A DNA stretch of 64,000 bases, from assembly GCA_963934255.1 (NCBI GenBank), contig CAWVXU010000002.1, positions 1 through 64,000 of the forward strand, given 5' to 3'. The DNA is from an uncultured Fibrobacterales bacterium (GTDB taxonomy: Bacteria > Fibrobacterota > Fibrobacteria > Fibrobacterales > CAWVXU01). Made by a program: the position numbers and the translations under genes. Below are positions 47,653-57,039 of this stretch, piece by piece. Below the pieces are notes generated by a model. The model saw only the letters and a program-made list of their open reading frames with translations. It ran no database searches and was not told the DNA's origin. The first letter of the stretch is position 1, and every line of letters starts with the position of its first letter.

Positions 47653-48891
47653 ATGATGAACAACAAATATTTAGCAATTAGCCTGAGTGGACTCTTAAGT
47701 TTAGGACTTGCGGGTTGCTTCACTGATTCGACATCTAGTCTACCGACTGTCCCAACATCAAGTCAAGTCTTATTTGAAATTCCTGCTTCACTGGTTCTAG
47801 GCTCCGATCAAGATACGGCAATACCCATGTCAATGGCCAAATTAAATTCATCGCTTTTTGATCCATATAAGCCAATCACAGACTATATTGCTCTTGCTGA
47901 AGAAGCTCGTTCAACTGTCGCTAAGATTATTGACAACCTTGAAAAGGAAAACCTTGCTAAAGAGGTTCTTATTGAAGAAAACGGGACTCGCATTGAAACA
48001 ATGAAACTGGATTCATCGGGTGTGAAATGGCAAGTCGTCAATTGGCGAAGTCCGGACGAAGATCAATCTGTTCGTTTAGTTTTAAGAAATTCATCCAATA
48101 CTTACGTCGGTCATGCAACACTACACATGCCCACTGAAGGCTCAACAATTCGCGTCGACTTTAGTGGGAAAGAAAATGCATCTACTGGACACAGAATGAA
48201 AATCACGATTCACAAACCGATTGAAACCTTAATTAATCTTGGTGCTCCTGCCGTAATTGTTGTCAATGCACTCAAAAAAGGCAGTAAAGTTTTCGTTTCT
48301 GGTACTTCAGTACATCCCACATTTAAAGACGACTTCTGGTTTGACGGACTATCAACTCCTGCCGTATACTCGTTCTTAGCCACCGCAGATACTCAAATCG
48401 AAACAGCAGTACTTCGCGCAGCATTTGGACCTCAATCAGAGGTGGGACCCAACTTCCTGACAGAGTATGCTCTAGATACAAGAATCATTAAGACCCTTCA
48501 TAAAAATATCCAACAACTGATGGAAAACGACCCTGAAGCAAAGGAAGCCATATTTTGGAGTTTAGAAAAAGAACTACCATTGACTACTTCATCAAGTCCA
48601 CTTCGCTCAATCTATATAGTTACGCGTCAACCTGATTCATTTACTGAAGACGAAGTGAGTCTATTTGCTGACATTCAACTCAAAAGTGATTCAACAGAGG
48701 AAGTGTATAGAGATCTTGCCATATTCGCTAAAGCGAAACAGCCCATATTCCTCAGCCGCGGCGCAGTCATAATAGGCAATAAAGATCATATTGACGAATC
48801 TGCTATCACAATCAAAGAGTCTGATTTAGACGAAACCCTACAATCTGATACTCAAGTTGATGCTGCTATTGTAGTTGATGACCTCAACTAA
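47653..48891 (+). CDS. Hypothetical lipoprotein
   Basis: AAGGAGG RBS; LAGC lipobox; own terminator. Confidence 0.8.
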   Translation: MMNNKYLAISLSGLLSLGLAGCFTDSTSSLPTVPTSSQVLFEIPASLVLGSDQDTAIPMSMAKLNSSLFDPYKPITDYIALAEEARSTVAKIIDNLEKENLAKEVLIEENGTRIETMKLDSSGVKWQVVNWRSPDEDQSVRLVLRNSSNTYVGHATLHMPTEGSTIRVDFSGKENASTGHRMKITIHKPIETLINLGAPAVIVVNALKKGSKVFVSGTSVHPTFKDDFWFDGLSTPAVYSFLATADTQIETAVLRAAFGPQSEVGPNFLTEYALDTRIIKTLHKNIQQLMENDPEAKEAIFWSLEKELPLTTSSSPLRSIYIVTRQPDSFTEDEVSLFADIQLKSDSTEEVYRDLAIFAKAKQPIFLSRGAVIIGNKDHIDESAITIKESDLDETLQSDTQVDAAIVVDDLN

Positions 48892-48915
48892 ATCATTATT
48901 TCATCCTAATAACCC

Positions 48916-48952
48916 AAGCCACTGGATAATTTTTTATCCAGTGGCTTTTTTT
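48916..48952 (+). terminator. Intrinsic terminator
   Basis: AAGCCACTGGATAA-TTTT-TTATCCAGTGGCTTTTTTT. Confidence 0.88.
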
Positions 48953-48966
48953 GCTCTCTAAGGTTT

Positions 48967-49028
48967 TATGACACAACTATGACACATAGCTGACAAACCC
49001 CCTTTTTTAAAGGGATAATCGTGACAAA
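48967..49028. promoter_or_regulatory. Phased TGACA direct repeats, candidate operator
   Basis: TGACA at 48969, 48980, 48991 (11-bp period) and 49022, upstream of the TIGR02147-like gene. Confidence 0.45.
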
Positions 49029-49149
49029 CTCTTGTTTTTGCTCTCTACAAAGGAGCACATTAAGAGCAAAATAACTATTTTAAAGTACTAGAACTCCCTA
49101 TTTTAAAATAAGAACCAACGAACAGGTGATTTCACCATGGGAGTGCAAT

Positions 49150-50061
49150 ATGTCTTTTAATACACTAGAAATACAAGCTAAGCCCGAGACTTTATCGGCT
49201 TATGAAATTTTACAGAGCAGCTATATGAGTAAACAGCCAGAAACAAATATCTTTGACTATGTTGATTTCCGTATCTACCTCAAAGATTTTTTTGCCGCCA
49301 AAAAGAAAATTGATGGGAAGTATTCTCAACGCTTCATCATCCAAAAAGTGGGTGCAAGCTCCTCTGGTTGGTATTCTGACTTAATCGCAGGGCGCAAAAA
49401 ATTAAGCTCAACCTTTCAAATGAGGCTCGTGCAGCTTCTGCATATTGGCCCACGCGAACAACAATACTTTAATGCTCTCGTGAAATACAATCAAGCCGAT
49501 GGACACGAAATAAAAGAAAGCGCATACAAATACCTACTAGATTTTCATGAAATCAAACCTGAAACTCTCGGGCATGATCAATATGAGTTTTTTACCAAAT
49601 GGTATTACACAGCTATTAGAGAACATATTTTACTTCATTCTTTTGACGGAGATTTCAACTCACTCGCTAGGCATTTGATCCCTGCTATCACCCCTATTCA
49701 AGCCAAAGAAGCTGTCACTCTACTTCAAAAACTTGACCTCGTGGAGAGAAGCCCTCTTGGTATCTGGAAGCCCAAATCCGAGCATATCCGTAAAGACAAT
49801 AATACGCACGCTAATCACTTCATCAACTACCTTAAAGCCAATATGGGAGTCGCAATGAAGGCTTTAGAGGAACTATCAAGAGAGGAACGTGATTTTAGCG
49901 CCCTGACGATAGGACTTGATGAGGCAGGTTTTGCTGAAGTCAAAGACGACATCCAAGCACTCAAAGAAAAAATGAAAGCCATCAGCGCAAGAATAGAAGA
50001 AGGCGGACGAGTCTATCAAATATTAATTCAAGCTTTTCCTATGACTAGAGCATTAAAGTAA
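49150..50061 (+). CDS. TIGR02147 family protein (Fibrobacter paralogous family, putative DNA-binding)
   Basis: IFDYVDFRIYLKDFF, YSQR, YFNALVKYNQA, QYEFFTKWYYTAIRE, ERDFSALT, VYQILIQAFP; GGAG RBS before ATG 49150. Confidence 0.88.
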   Translation: MSFNTLEIQAKPETLSAYEILQSSYMSKQPETNIFDYVDFRIYLKDFFAAKKKIDGKYSQRFIIQKVGASSSGWYSDLIAGRKKLSSTFQMRLVQLLHIGPREQQYFNALVKYNQADGHEIKESAYKYLLDFHEIKPETLGHDQYEFFTKWYYTAIREHILLHSFDGDFNSLARHLIPAITPIQAKEAVTLLQKLDLVERSPLGIWKPKSEHIRKDNNTHANHFINYLKANMGVAMKALEELSREERDFSALTIGLDEAGFAEVKDDIQALKEKMKAISARIEEGGRVYQILIQAFPMTRALK

Positions 50062-50146
50062 TGTGCATATAACGATGAATATACTTTACTTTTTGGTTGA
50101 AAACGTGTAACATAAACAAGGTGAATATTAAAGATAGTTACTAGAC

Positions 50147-51403
50147 GTGGGTCAAATGATAGAACACTTAGATACGGCAAGTTTATGGAATAAATTGCAG
50201 GTTCAATTCGAGAATCAAGAAAGTGGACTCAATAGGACTCTTGCTGATATAGTAAAAACCCTCAAAGCCGAATTTGACGCTAAAAACATCTCTTGTACTA
50301 TCAAAAAACGGGTTAAAAAACGAAGTAGCTACTACGCTAAATTAAAAGATGCTTATAAGTCTGACCCTTCTGATGACCAACCCTTAACTGACCTTCTCGG
50401 TATACGAGTCATCGTTCCTTTTTTAGAAGATATTCAATCAGCCGTTGAGGAATTACGAAACTCTTATGAGATACTTGAACGTCAAGACAAAAAGGAAAGC
50501 CTTAGCTTTAGAGAGTTTTCATACGACTCTATACATCTCCTCATCCCCTATCCTGGAGCTGAAGATACATTAGAAATTATTCATGGTAATCAAAAGGTCA
50601 TCGAAATTCAAATTAGGACGACTTTACAAGATGCATGGGCCGAAGTAGAGCATCAGCTCATATACAAGACACCTGTCAATCCTGATCAGATTGTTAAACG
50701 TAAAATGGCCTCCCTCAACGCTAATCTTGCTCTGTCTGATATTATATTTCAAGAGATTCGAGATAATCAAAAGCAATTGTTAAAAGAGTCTCAATCACGC
50801 ATGGAAATGGTGCAAAACAAAGCCTTCGAATCAACCCCCAAAGACCCCTTCGTCCACAATCCTAATGCAGCCTCTGCCAAACAAACTAATGTAGAGGACA
50901 TAGAGGACATAGAGGACATAGAGGATAGTTGCAACTTTGAAATACTGCTCCAAAAAGCACTCAGTTCACACACCAATAAAGACTATACCCTCGCACTTTC
51001 GCTGTATCACAAATCTATCGATAAATGTGTTGATAAGCAAGGGCTCTCCATCGCGCATCACCACGCCGGCATGGTTTACTTTATGCTGTCGCAATATGAG
51101 TCAGCCATTAGCAACTTCGACCTAGCAGTCACATACAATCCAAAGAATGAACGTGCATTTATTAATCGAGGAATAATTCATCAGTTAAAAAATCAACTTT
51201 CCCTAGCCATTCAAGATTTTAAAATTGCTATTGAACTCAATCATGACCAAGTTGATACTTGGCTTCACTTAGCTAATTGTTATCTACAACGCTATGAGCT
51301 ATCAGATGCCCTCGGTGCAATTAATCAGGCAATCATCATTGACCCTCAGCACCCTCGAGCACAAAGCCTGCAGCTAGAAATTTCAGAGAAGCTTATTCCT
51401 TAG
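50147..51403 (+). CDS. RelA/SpoT nucleotidyltransferase domain fused to C-terminal TPRs
   Basis: RVK..S...KL, DLLGIRVI, YDSIH, EIQIRT..QDAWAEVEH..YK; about four TPR-like repeats at C-terminus. Confidence 0.88.
   Translation: MGQMIEHLDTASLWNKLQVQFENQESGLNRTLADIVKTLKAEFDAKNISCTIKKRVKKRSSYYAKLKDAYKSDPSDDQPLTDLLGIRVIVPFLEDIQSAVEELRNSYEILERQDKKESLSFREFSYDSIHLLIPYPGAEDTLEIIHGNQKVIEIQIRTTLQDAWAEVEHQLIYKTPVNPDQIVKRKMASLNANLALSDIIFQEIRDNQKQLLKESQSRMEMVQNKAFESTPKDPFVHNPNAASAKQTNVEDIEDIEDIEDSCNFEILLQKALSSHTNKDYTLALSLYHKSIDKCVDKQGLSIAHHHAGMVYFMLSQYESAISNFDLAVTYNPKNERAFINRGIIHQLKNQLSLAIQDFKIAIELNHDQVDTWLHLANCYLQRYELSDALGAINQAIIIDPQHPRAQSLQLEISEKLIP
50892..50927 (+). repeat. In-frame 9-bp tandem repeat (TAGAGGACA)x3 plus TAGAGGATA
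   Basis: Read directly; encodes VEDIEDIEDIED in the interdomain linker. Confidence 0.9.
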
Positions 51404-51514
51404 ATACTCCATCCTAGATCAAGGTTGAAGAGTAGGCATATCACTCTAAAATTTTGCTATTTTTGTCTCAAATGAAGTTAAGATTTGTCACATCATATAG
51501 TTTCGGGAGTCACC

Positions 51515-53008
51515 ATGTCAGAAGTCTCAAATGCCGTTCGCGTCCGTTTTGCCCCCAGTCCAACAGGCTACCTTCACGTGGGTGGTGCTCGTACTGCGCT
51601 ATTTAACTGGTTATTTGCTCGCCATAACAAGGGAACATTCATCGTTCGTATCGAAGATACTGACCAAAGTCGTTACTCAGAAGCTGCTCTTAAGGACCTG
51701 CTTCGCGATTTAAAATGGCTAGGAATGGATTGGGATGAAGGCCCTGGAGTCAATACAGAAGGTCAGCCTGAAGGTTCTGTCGGCAAGTTTGGGCCTTACC
51801 AACAGTCTCTTCGTTTGACAAAATACCACGCAGCCGCTGATGAGCTTCTAAGCAAAGGCTTGGCCTACAGATGTTTTTGCTCAAGTGAAAGGCTTGCTGA
51901 GCTTCGTGAAAAGCAACAAGAAGCAGGAGGAGCCACAGGCTATGATCGCTTTTGTCGGGATTTGTCGACAGAAGACTCCATCACTCGTGCCGCAAACGAA
52001 GAGTTTGTTGTTCGTTTGAAAGTTCCTTTAGACGGTGAGACATCTTTTACTGATTTGATTCGTGGTCCTATATCTACTCCCAATAATATTCTTGATGATA
52101 TGGTACTTCTTAAGCGTGATAAATTTCCAACCTACCACCTAGCTAATGTTGTGGATGATCACGATATGAAAATCTCTCACGTACTTCGTGGCGATGAGTG
52201 GATTCCTTCAACATCACGACATGTTCTACTCTATCAAGCATTTGGTTGGTCGCTCCCGGTATTTGCCCATCTGCCTATTATATTAGCCCCTGGTGGCGGG
52301 AAGCTCTCCAAAAGAAAAGGCGCGGCTTCCGTAGGTGATTTTGAGGAAAAAGGAATTTTACCTGAAGCTCTATTTAACTTCTTAGCCCTACTAGGCTGGT
52401 CTCCAGGCGATGATAGAGAAAAAATGTCTCTTGAAGAAATCATTAACGCATTTGAAATTGAGCGAATTCAATCCAAAGGTGCCGCCTTTGATGAAGCCAA
52501 ACTCGAATGGCTCAACGGTCAATACTTCATCCAAACTCCAGCTCAAGAACTTCTACCTATTTTCACTAAAGAGTGTCAGGCACAAGATTTGGATATTTCG
52601 GGTAAATCAGACACTCAGGTTATTGCTGTTATTGAGATTATTCAAGAGCGTATAAAGGTTCGCCAAGATATGCCCAAACTTGCAGAGTACTTCTTCAAGG
52701 CACCAACGACTTGGGACGCCAAAGTCGCCAAAAAAGCTTGGAAAGAGGATTCACCAAAAATCATTTCCCATCTTTGCAAAAAACTAAAAAAACTCAATGA
52801 TTGGAGTGAAACGGCTCTAGAATTAGAGTTTCAAGCAACACTAGCTGAGTTGGAAGTTGGGTTCGGCCCTCTTGGTAAACCGACTCGCTTGGCACTTTCA
52901 GGGCTCGCCGGCGGTCCAAGTTTATATGCAATCATGACTATTTTAGGTAAAGAAGACTCGATCTCGCGCCTAGAAAATGCTATATCTAATTATGAAATAA
53001 AGACTTAA
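51515..53008 (+). CDS. gltX: Glutamate--tRNA ligase
   Basis: RFAPSPTGYLHVGGAR, RIEDTD, PTYHLANVVDD, KLSKR. Confidence 0.97.
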   Translation: MSEVSNAVRVRFAPSPTGYLHVGGARTALFNWLFARHNKGTFIVRIEDTDQSRYSEAALKDLLRDLKWLGMDWDEGPGVNTEGQPEGSVGKFGPYQQSLRLTKYHAAADELLSKGLAYRCFCSSERLAELREKQQEAGGATGYDRFCRDLSTEDSITRAANEEFVVRLKVPLDGETSFTDLIRGPISTPNNILDDMVLLKRDKFPTYHLANVVDDHDMKISHVLRGDEWIPSTSRHVLLYQAFGWSLPVFAHLPIILAPGGGKLSKRKGAASVGDFEEKGILPEALFNFLALLGWSPGDDREKMSLEEIINAFEIERIQSKGAAFDEAKLEWLNGQYFIQTPAQELLPIFTKECQAQDLDISGKSDTQVIAVIEIIQERIKVRQDMPKLAEYFFKAPTTWDAKVAKKAWKEDSPKIISHLCKKLKKLNDWSETALELEFQATLAELEVGFGPLGKPTRLALSGLAGGPSLYAIMTILGKEDSISRLENAISNYEIKT

Positions 53009-53022
53009 GTAGATTATAATTC

Positions 53023-54306
53023 ATGCAAGAGGTTTTTAGCACATTTTTTAAGAACGAAGGTTTGTTTTGCAGATCTTGTTCTTCTGTGTCTCCTCATCAA
53101 CTTTTTTCGAGAACCCCACTTGACCTCAATCGTCCAGAGATTAAAAAAGAACGACTTCTAGCCTCTTGTGACAATTGTCAAGACAATCAGATCTTGATCT
53201 ACTCAGACCTTCGCTCCCTCAATCCAGAAGAGACCAAAACATTCTCTTGTAAAATTGCAGGTAAAGGTCGTATCACTCTTGGAGATTGGGTATACATCCC
53301 AGGACACTCAAGACCCGGTATTGTTAAATCCAAAACCAGGGTCGAAGACAAAGAGTGTTTCTACCTGAGCTACGAAGATGGTTCTCAACGTAAACTGATT
53401 TTAAAAACGCCAAATACAGCTGGCAAACAGGCCATGACTTATTACAAGTTATTACCCTACCAACTTGGAACAACGCTTGTTGGTGACTACATCTACCATG
53501 TGAGTCGTGATGTTATTGGCAAAGCCGTCGGTGTAATACATGGGCCTAAAGAAAAAATTATCGTCCAACTTGAAGACAGCACTTATCTTGTCATGACTTT
53601 AGCAGGCTCTAAGACTGCCGTCAAAAGTAATCTCAACCTAAAAGAAACTATCGTTCAAGCAATTAATTCAATCTCGCATTTCGAAGTCAATCAAATCCTG
53701 GTTGAAGTCACTAATGGAATTGTTTATGTCTCAGGCTATTGTCATTCTTTATTTGAAAAAGAAACTTTGATAAGGTTTATTGAGTCGCTCGAAGGCATAC
53801 TCGCAGTCATCCCCAAAATTAAAATTCAACCCACGATTGCTGTATCTGATATAACGCTTCAACGCGAAGTACAAGATATTCTTTTTAATAAACACAGTGG
53901 TGTCATTGGCATCCGGATCTCCGTTAATCAAGGCGTTGTTGAACTCAGTGGTTTTATTGAAAACGATAAGAATCCTCAAGAAATTTACGAGCTTCTTATC
54001 CCTATCAATGGCATCATTGATCTTGAATTAAAACTCACCAAGCGAACAACCAACAACTTTGCTGATATGGAAAAAACACGTCTAGTGGTTCAAGCTCTGA
54101 AACGAAATGGTGCACTCTCATCGGCTAGGATTAGTGTGCACACCATCGGTGGAGAGATTTACCTAGAAGGTGAAGTAAATAACTCTTTGCAAAAAAACAC
54201 CGCGACATTCTCATCCATGTGGGCCGGTAAAAATCTTTCCGTCATTAATAATCTTCGGATTGTCAAAAGCTTACCTCCCCAAGAACAACGTAAACAAAAC
54301 CTATAA
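53023..54306 (+). CDS. Zn-ribbon + two SH3/KOW-like modules + three BON domains, no signal peptide
   Basis: C16xxC19 and C49xxC52; LGDWVY..PGIV and VGDYIY..IGKA; three BON-like units (VEVTNGIVYVSG, ISVNQGVVELSG, VHTIGGEIYLEG..VINNL). Confidence 0.75.
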   Translation: MQEVFSTFFKNEGLFCRSCSSVSPHQLFSRTPLDLNRPEIKKERLLASCDNCQDNQILIYSDLRSLNPEETKTFSCKIAGKGRITLGDWVYIPGHSRPGIVKSKTRVEDKECFYLSYEDGSQRKLILKTPNTAGKQAMTYYKLLPYQLGTTLVGDYIYHVSRDVIGKAVGVIHGPKEKIIVQLEDSTYLVMTLAGSKTAVKSNLNLKETIVQAINSISHFEVNQILVEVTNGIVYVSGYCHSLFEKETLIRFIESLEGILAVIPKIKIQPTIAVSDITLQREVQDILFNKHSGVIGIRISVNQGVVELSGFIENDKNPQEIYELLIPINGIIDLELKLTKRTTNNFADMEKTRLVVQALKRNGALSSARISVHTIGGEIYLEGEVNNSLQKNTATFSSMWAGKNLSVINNLRIVKSLPPQEQRKQNL

Positions 54307-54321
54307 TTTTGGAGTCAACAC

Positions 54322-55299
54322 TTGGCAACTAAACATCAAAATATGGTAAAGCTAGTTGAACGACTAAAGACGAATCCCATGTCTCAAACGGAAATCGCCC
54401 GTTTTTTTTGTGTCACTCCTCGAACAGTAATGAGATACATAAAAGAGATGGAAGAGACCACTCCGGGCTTTAATAGACATCCGATTAATGGCCGACAGTA
54501 TAAATACTCTGTGCAAGAAGACGATGACTTTAGCCCCAAACTTCTACGTGATATTGAGAAGATGCAAGAACAATTTTCTGCAAATGGACATGTTGCAGGC
54601 TCTCAAATTTTATCCAAAATCTTAGCTAAGTTAAATACTAAAACCAATCTTGACAAAGCAATGCCTCAAGTACAGGTTTTGGATAGTGGCTATTATATGA
54701 ATCATGGTCCTTTTGCCGAGCATAAGGGTAATTCTTTAAAAAATCAGAAGCTCCTCATAGCAATTAGAGATTGCCAGATATTAAAAATATCCTACACACC
54801 AAGAGATCAAGACGAACTTTCTGATAAGCAAAATTTTAAATTTCGCCCCTATAAAGTTTCACTTCGAATTGGTCGACTCTATCTAGTCGGAGAACGTGAT
54901 GATGACCTCGGTCAGTTTATAAGCATCCCAATAGATCGCATAACTAGATACCAAAGTACCGGTCTAGATTTTAAGAATGAAGTTCAGGATTTTGATATTG
55001 ATGAATTTTACAAATACTCTTGGGGTCAGTATATCGGATTAAATGCACCCGAAAAAATTACTCTCAACTTAAAAGACGACTGGTTAGTTCAACGTTTTAT
55101 TGAATCAAATTTCAACCCCAAAATCAAGATTGAAGAAAAAGGAAGAGGTAAACTAAAGAAAACTCTCGCCCACCTAGAACTTCGAGTGACTCCTGATTTT
55201 GAAGCCTTTGTGTTTGGTCATATGCCAGACCTTGAAGTGGTAAAACCCGCTAAATTGCGAGAAAAACTATTCAATCGTGCAAAAGGTATTGCCCCTTAA
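54322..55299 (+). CDS. WYL-domain transcriptional regulator (wHTH-WYL-WCX)
   Basis: GGAG RBS with TTG; EIARFFCVTPRTVMRYI HTH; AI..Q.LKISY, RPY, LYLVG, IDRI; VVKPAKLRE. Confidence 0.88.
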   Translation: MATKHQNMVKLVERLKTNPMSQTEIARFFCVTPRTVMRYIKEMEETTPGFNRHPINGRQYKYSVQEDDDFSPKLLRDIEKMQEQFSANGHVAGSQILSKILAKLNTKTNLDKAMPQVQVLDSGYYMNHGPFAEHKGNSLKNQKLLIAIRDCQILKISYTPRDQDELSDKQNFKFRPYKVSLRIGRLYLVGERDDDLGQFISIPIDRITRYQSTGLDFKNEVQDFDIDEFYKYSWGQYIGLNAPEKITLNLKDDWLVQRFIESNFNPKIKIEEKGRGKLKKTLAHLELRVTPDFEAFVFGHMPDLEVVKPAKLREKLFNRAKGIAP

Positions 55300-55869
55300 T
55301 TAGTCAGCCATTTCAAAATAAGTGTAGTAAGATTTTAAATAGGCGATAACTTTATTTGATTCTTTCACACCAGTCTTAGGGTTCATCGCAGCTACGTACT
55401 TTTGAATCGGTATAAAGAACTGAGTCAATGCCTCACTTGCGTCCCCTTGAATTATACAAGTTTTTGCCATTTCAGTGAAAACACTTTGAAGATCTGACTG
55501 ATAGCGAAGTCCATCATAGTTGCCAGAGATAGAGTAATCACTAGAAAACTTAGAAAGCTTACCAACGCTAAATGTAAAACACTCATCAACTGCCCATGGT
55601 TTTTGGTCTACAATTGCAATTTTGACAGGTATTAACATTACAGGCTTAGGGATGGGCTTAGGTTGAATACCTTCACCACCAAGAGCTTTAGGGAGGTCCG
55701 CACCTACCACTGGAGCACCTAGGTCACTTGTCATATCAGCCAAGTCATTATTTGACGGTCCAGAAGATTTTGGAGCACAGGCAGTCATTGTCAATACGAT
55801 TCCAAGTATTCCAAGTATTTGGACTTTCCCAAGGAAGTTGGGTAAATTTAAAGTGCGAATTTTAAGCAT
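55300..55869 (-). CDS. Hypothetical lipoprotein
   Basis: Hydrophobic stretch ending MTAC; Pro-rich linker. Confidence 0.65.
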   Translation of the reverse strand: MLKIRTLNLPNFLGKVQILGILGIVLTMTACAPKSSGPSNNDLADMTSDLGAPVVGADLPKALGGEGIQPKPIPKPVMLIPVKIAIVDQKPWAVDECFTFSVGKLSKFSSDYSISGNYDGLRYQSDLQSVFTEMAKTCIIQGDASEALTQFFIPIQKYVAAMNPKTGVKESNKVIAYLKSYYTYFEMAD

Positions 55870-55986
55870 AATAAATCCTGATGATATGTTGGGATAAAGC
55901 TTGCTTTATCTATTTAAGATAAACTTAGTTAATCTTTGCGTAGCATCAAAATTAACAATGAAGGAATCAAAAAATTTAACTCTCAT

Positions 55987-57039
55987 TTAGAGAATGAGCA
56001 TTCCATCACCATAACTAAATAGACGCATTTTTTCTTCAAAAGCATAGTTGTAAGCTTTAAGGATTTGTTCTCGCGAACATAATGCAGAAACTAAAAGCAG
56101 CAATGTTGATCTAGGCCAATGGAAGTTTGTCACCATACCATCAACTATTTTCCACTGATACCCGGGATAGATATAGGCATGAGTGACACCTTGGCCCGCT
56201 ATGACTAATCCATCATCCTGAGCAACAGTCTCCAACACCCGAGTTGATGTTGTGCCTACGCTAATGATACGGCCGCCTCCAGCCTTGGCGTCATTAATTA
56301 TCTGGGCGTTAAAAGTATCTAATTGATAAACTTCACCATGCATAGGGTGTTCAAGTGCGTTTTCCACTTCAACTGGCTTAAAAGTTCCAGGCCCTACATG
56401 AAGCGTTACTTCTGCCACATGCACACCCTTGGCTTGAATGCCTTTCATCATGTCTTCAGAGAAATGAAGTGAAGCCGTAGGGGCTGCTACGGCACCACGA
56501 TGTTTAGCAAATACTGTTTGATAGGAAGCCGCATCCTCTTGGTCTGCCTCGCGCTCGATATAAGGAGGTAGTGGAATTTTACCAGAAGCATCAAGCATTG
56601 CATCAAATACGACATGGGTACAATCAAATTTCAAAACTCGAGTTCCATCTTCTTGGATTTCAATTACTTCCAAACGAATTCCATTAACTTCATGAGAGGC
56701 ACCCAATTTAAAATGTTTACCGGGCTTGATCCATGCTTCCCACACAACACCTTCAACATGGGGCACTGGAGCCACAAGTAAAATTTCAAATTTGCCACCG
56801 GTGGACTTGGTTCCAAAAAGTCTAGCAGGTATGACCTTGGTATTGTTGACGACAAGACAGTCACCGGGATTAAATTGATCAATCATGGTCTTAGCGGAAA
56901 TTTTTTTAAAATCAAGGTTTGTCCCTGACTTGGGCACTAATAAAATCTCGCTCTCACCTTTGGGGGCGGCTCGAGAAGCTATCAGTTCTTTGGGGAATTC
57001 AAAATCATAATCAGAAATTAGAATGGCATTTTGAGTCAA
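55987..57039 (-). CDS. queA: S-adenosylmethionine:tRNA ribosyltransferase-isomerase
   Basis: NNTKVIPARL, PLPPYI, YQTVFA, GAVAAPTASLHF, TLHVGPGTF, LFSYGD. Confidence 0.96.
   Translation of the reverse strand: MTQNAILISDYDFEFPKELIASRAAPKGESEILLVPKSGTNLDFKKISAKTMIDQFNPGDCLVVNNTKVIPARLFGTKSTGGKFEILLVAPVPHVEGVVWEAWIKPGKHFKLGASHEVNGIRLEVIEIQEDGTRVLKFDCTHVVFDAMLDASGKIPLPPYIEREADQEDAASYQTVFAKHRGAVAAPTASLHFSEDMMKGIQAKGVHVAEVTLHVGPGTFKPVEVENALEHPMHGEVYQLDTFNAQIINDAKAGGGRIISVGTTSTRVLETVAQDDGLVIAGQGVTHAYIYPGYQWKIVDGMVTNFHWPRSTLLLLVSALCSREQILKAYNYAFEEKMRLFSYGDGMLIL

Noticed and set aside
55800..55820. TTCCAAGTA duplicated
   Set aside because: Only two copies, encoding ILGILGI in a signal peptide; trivial.
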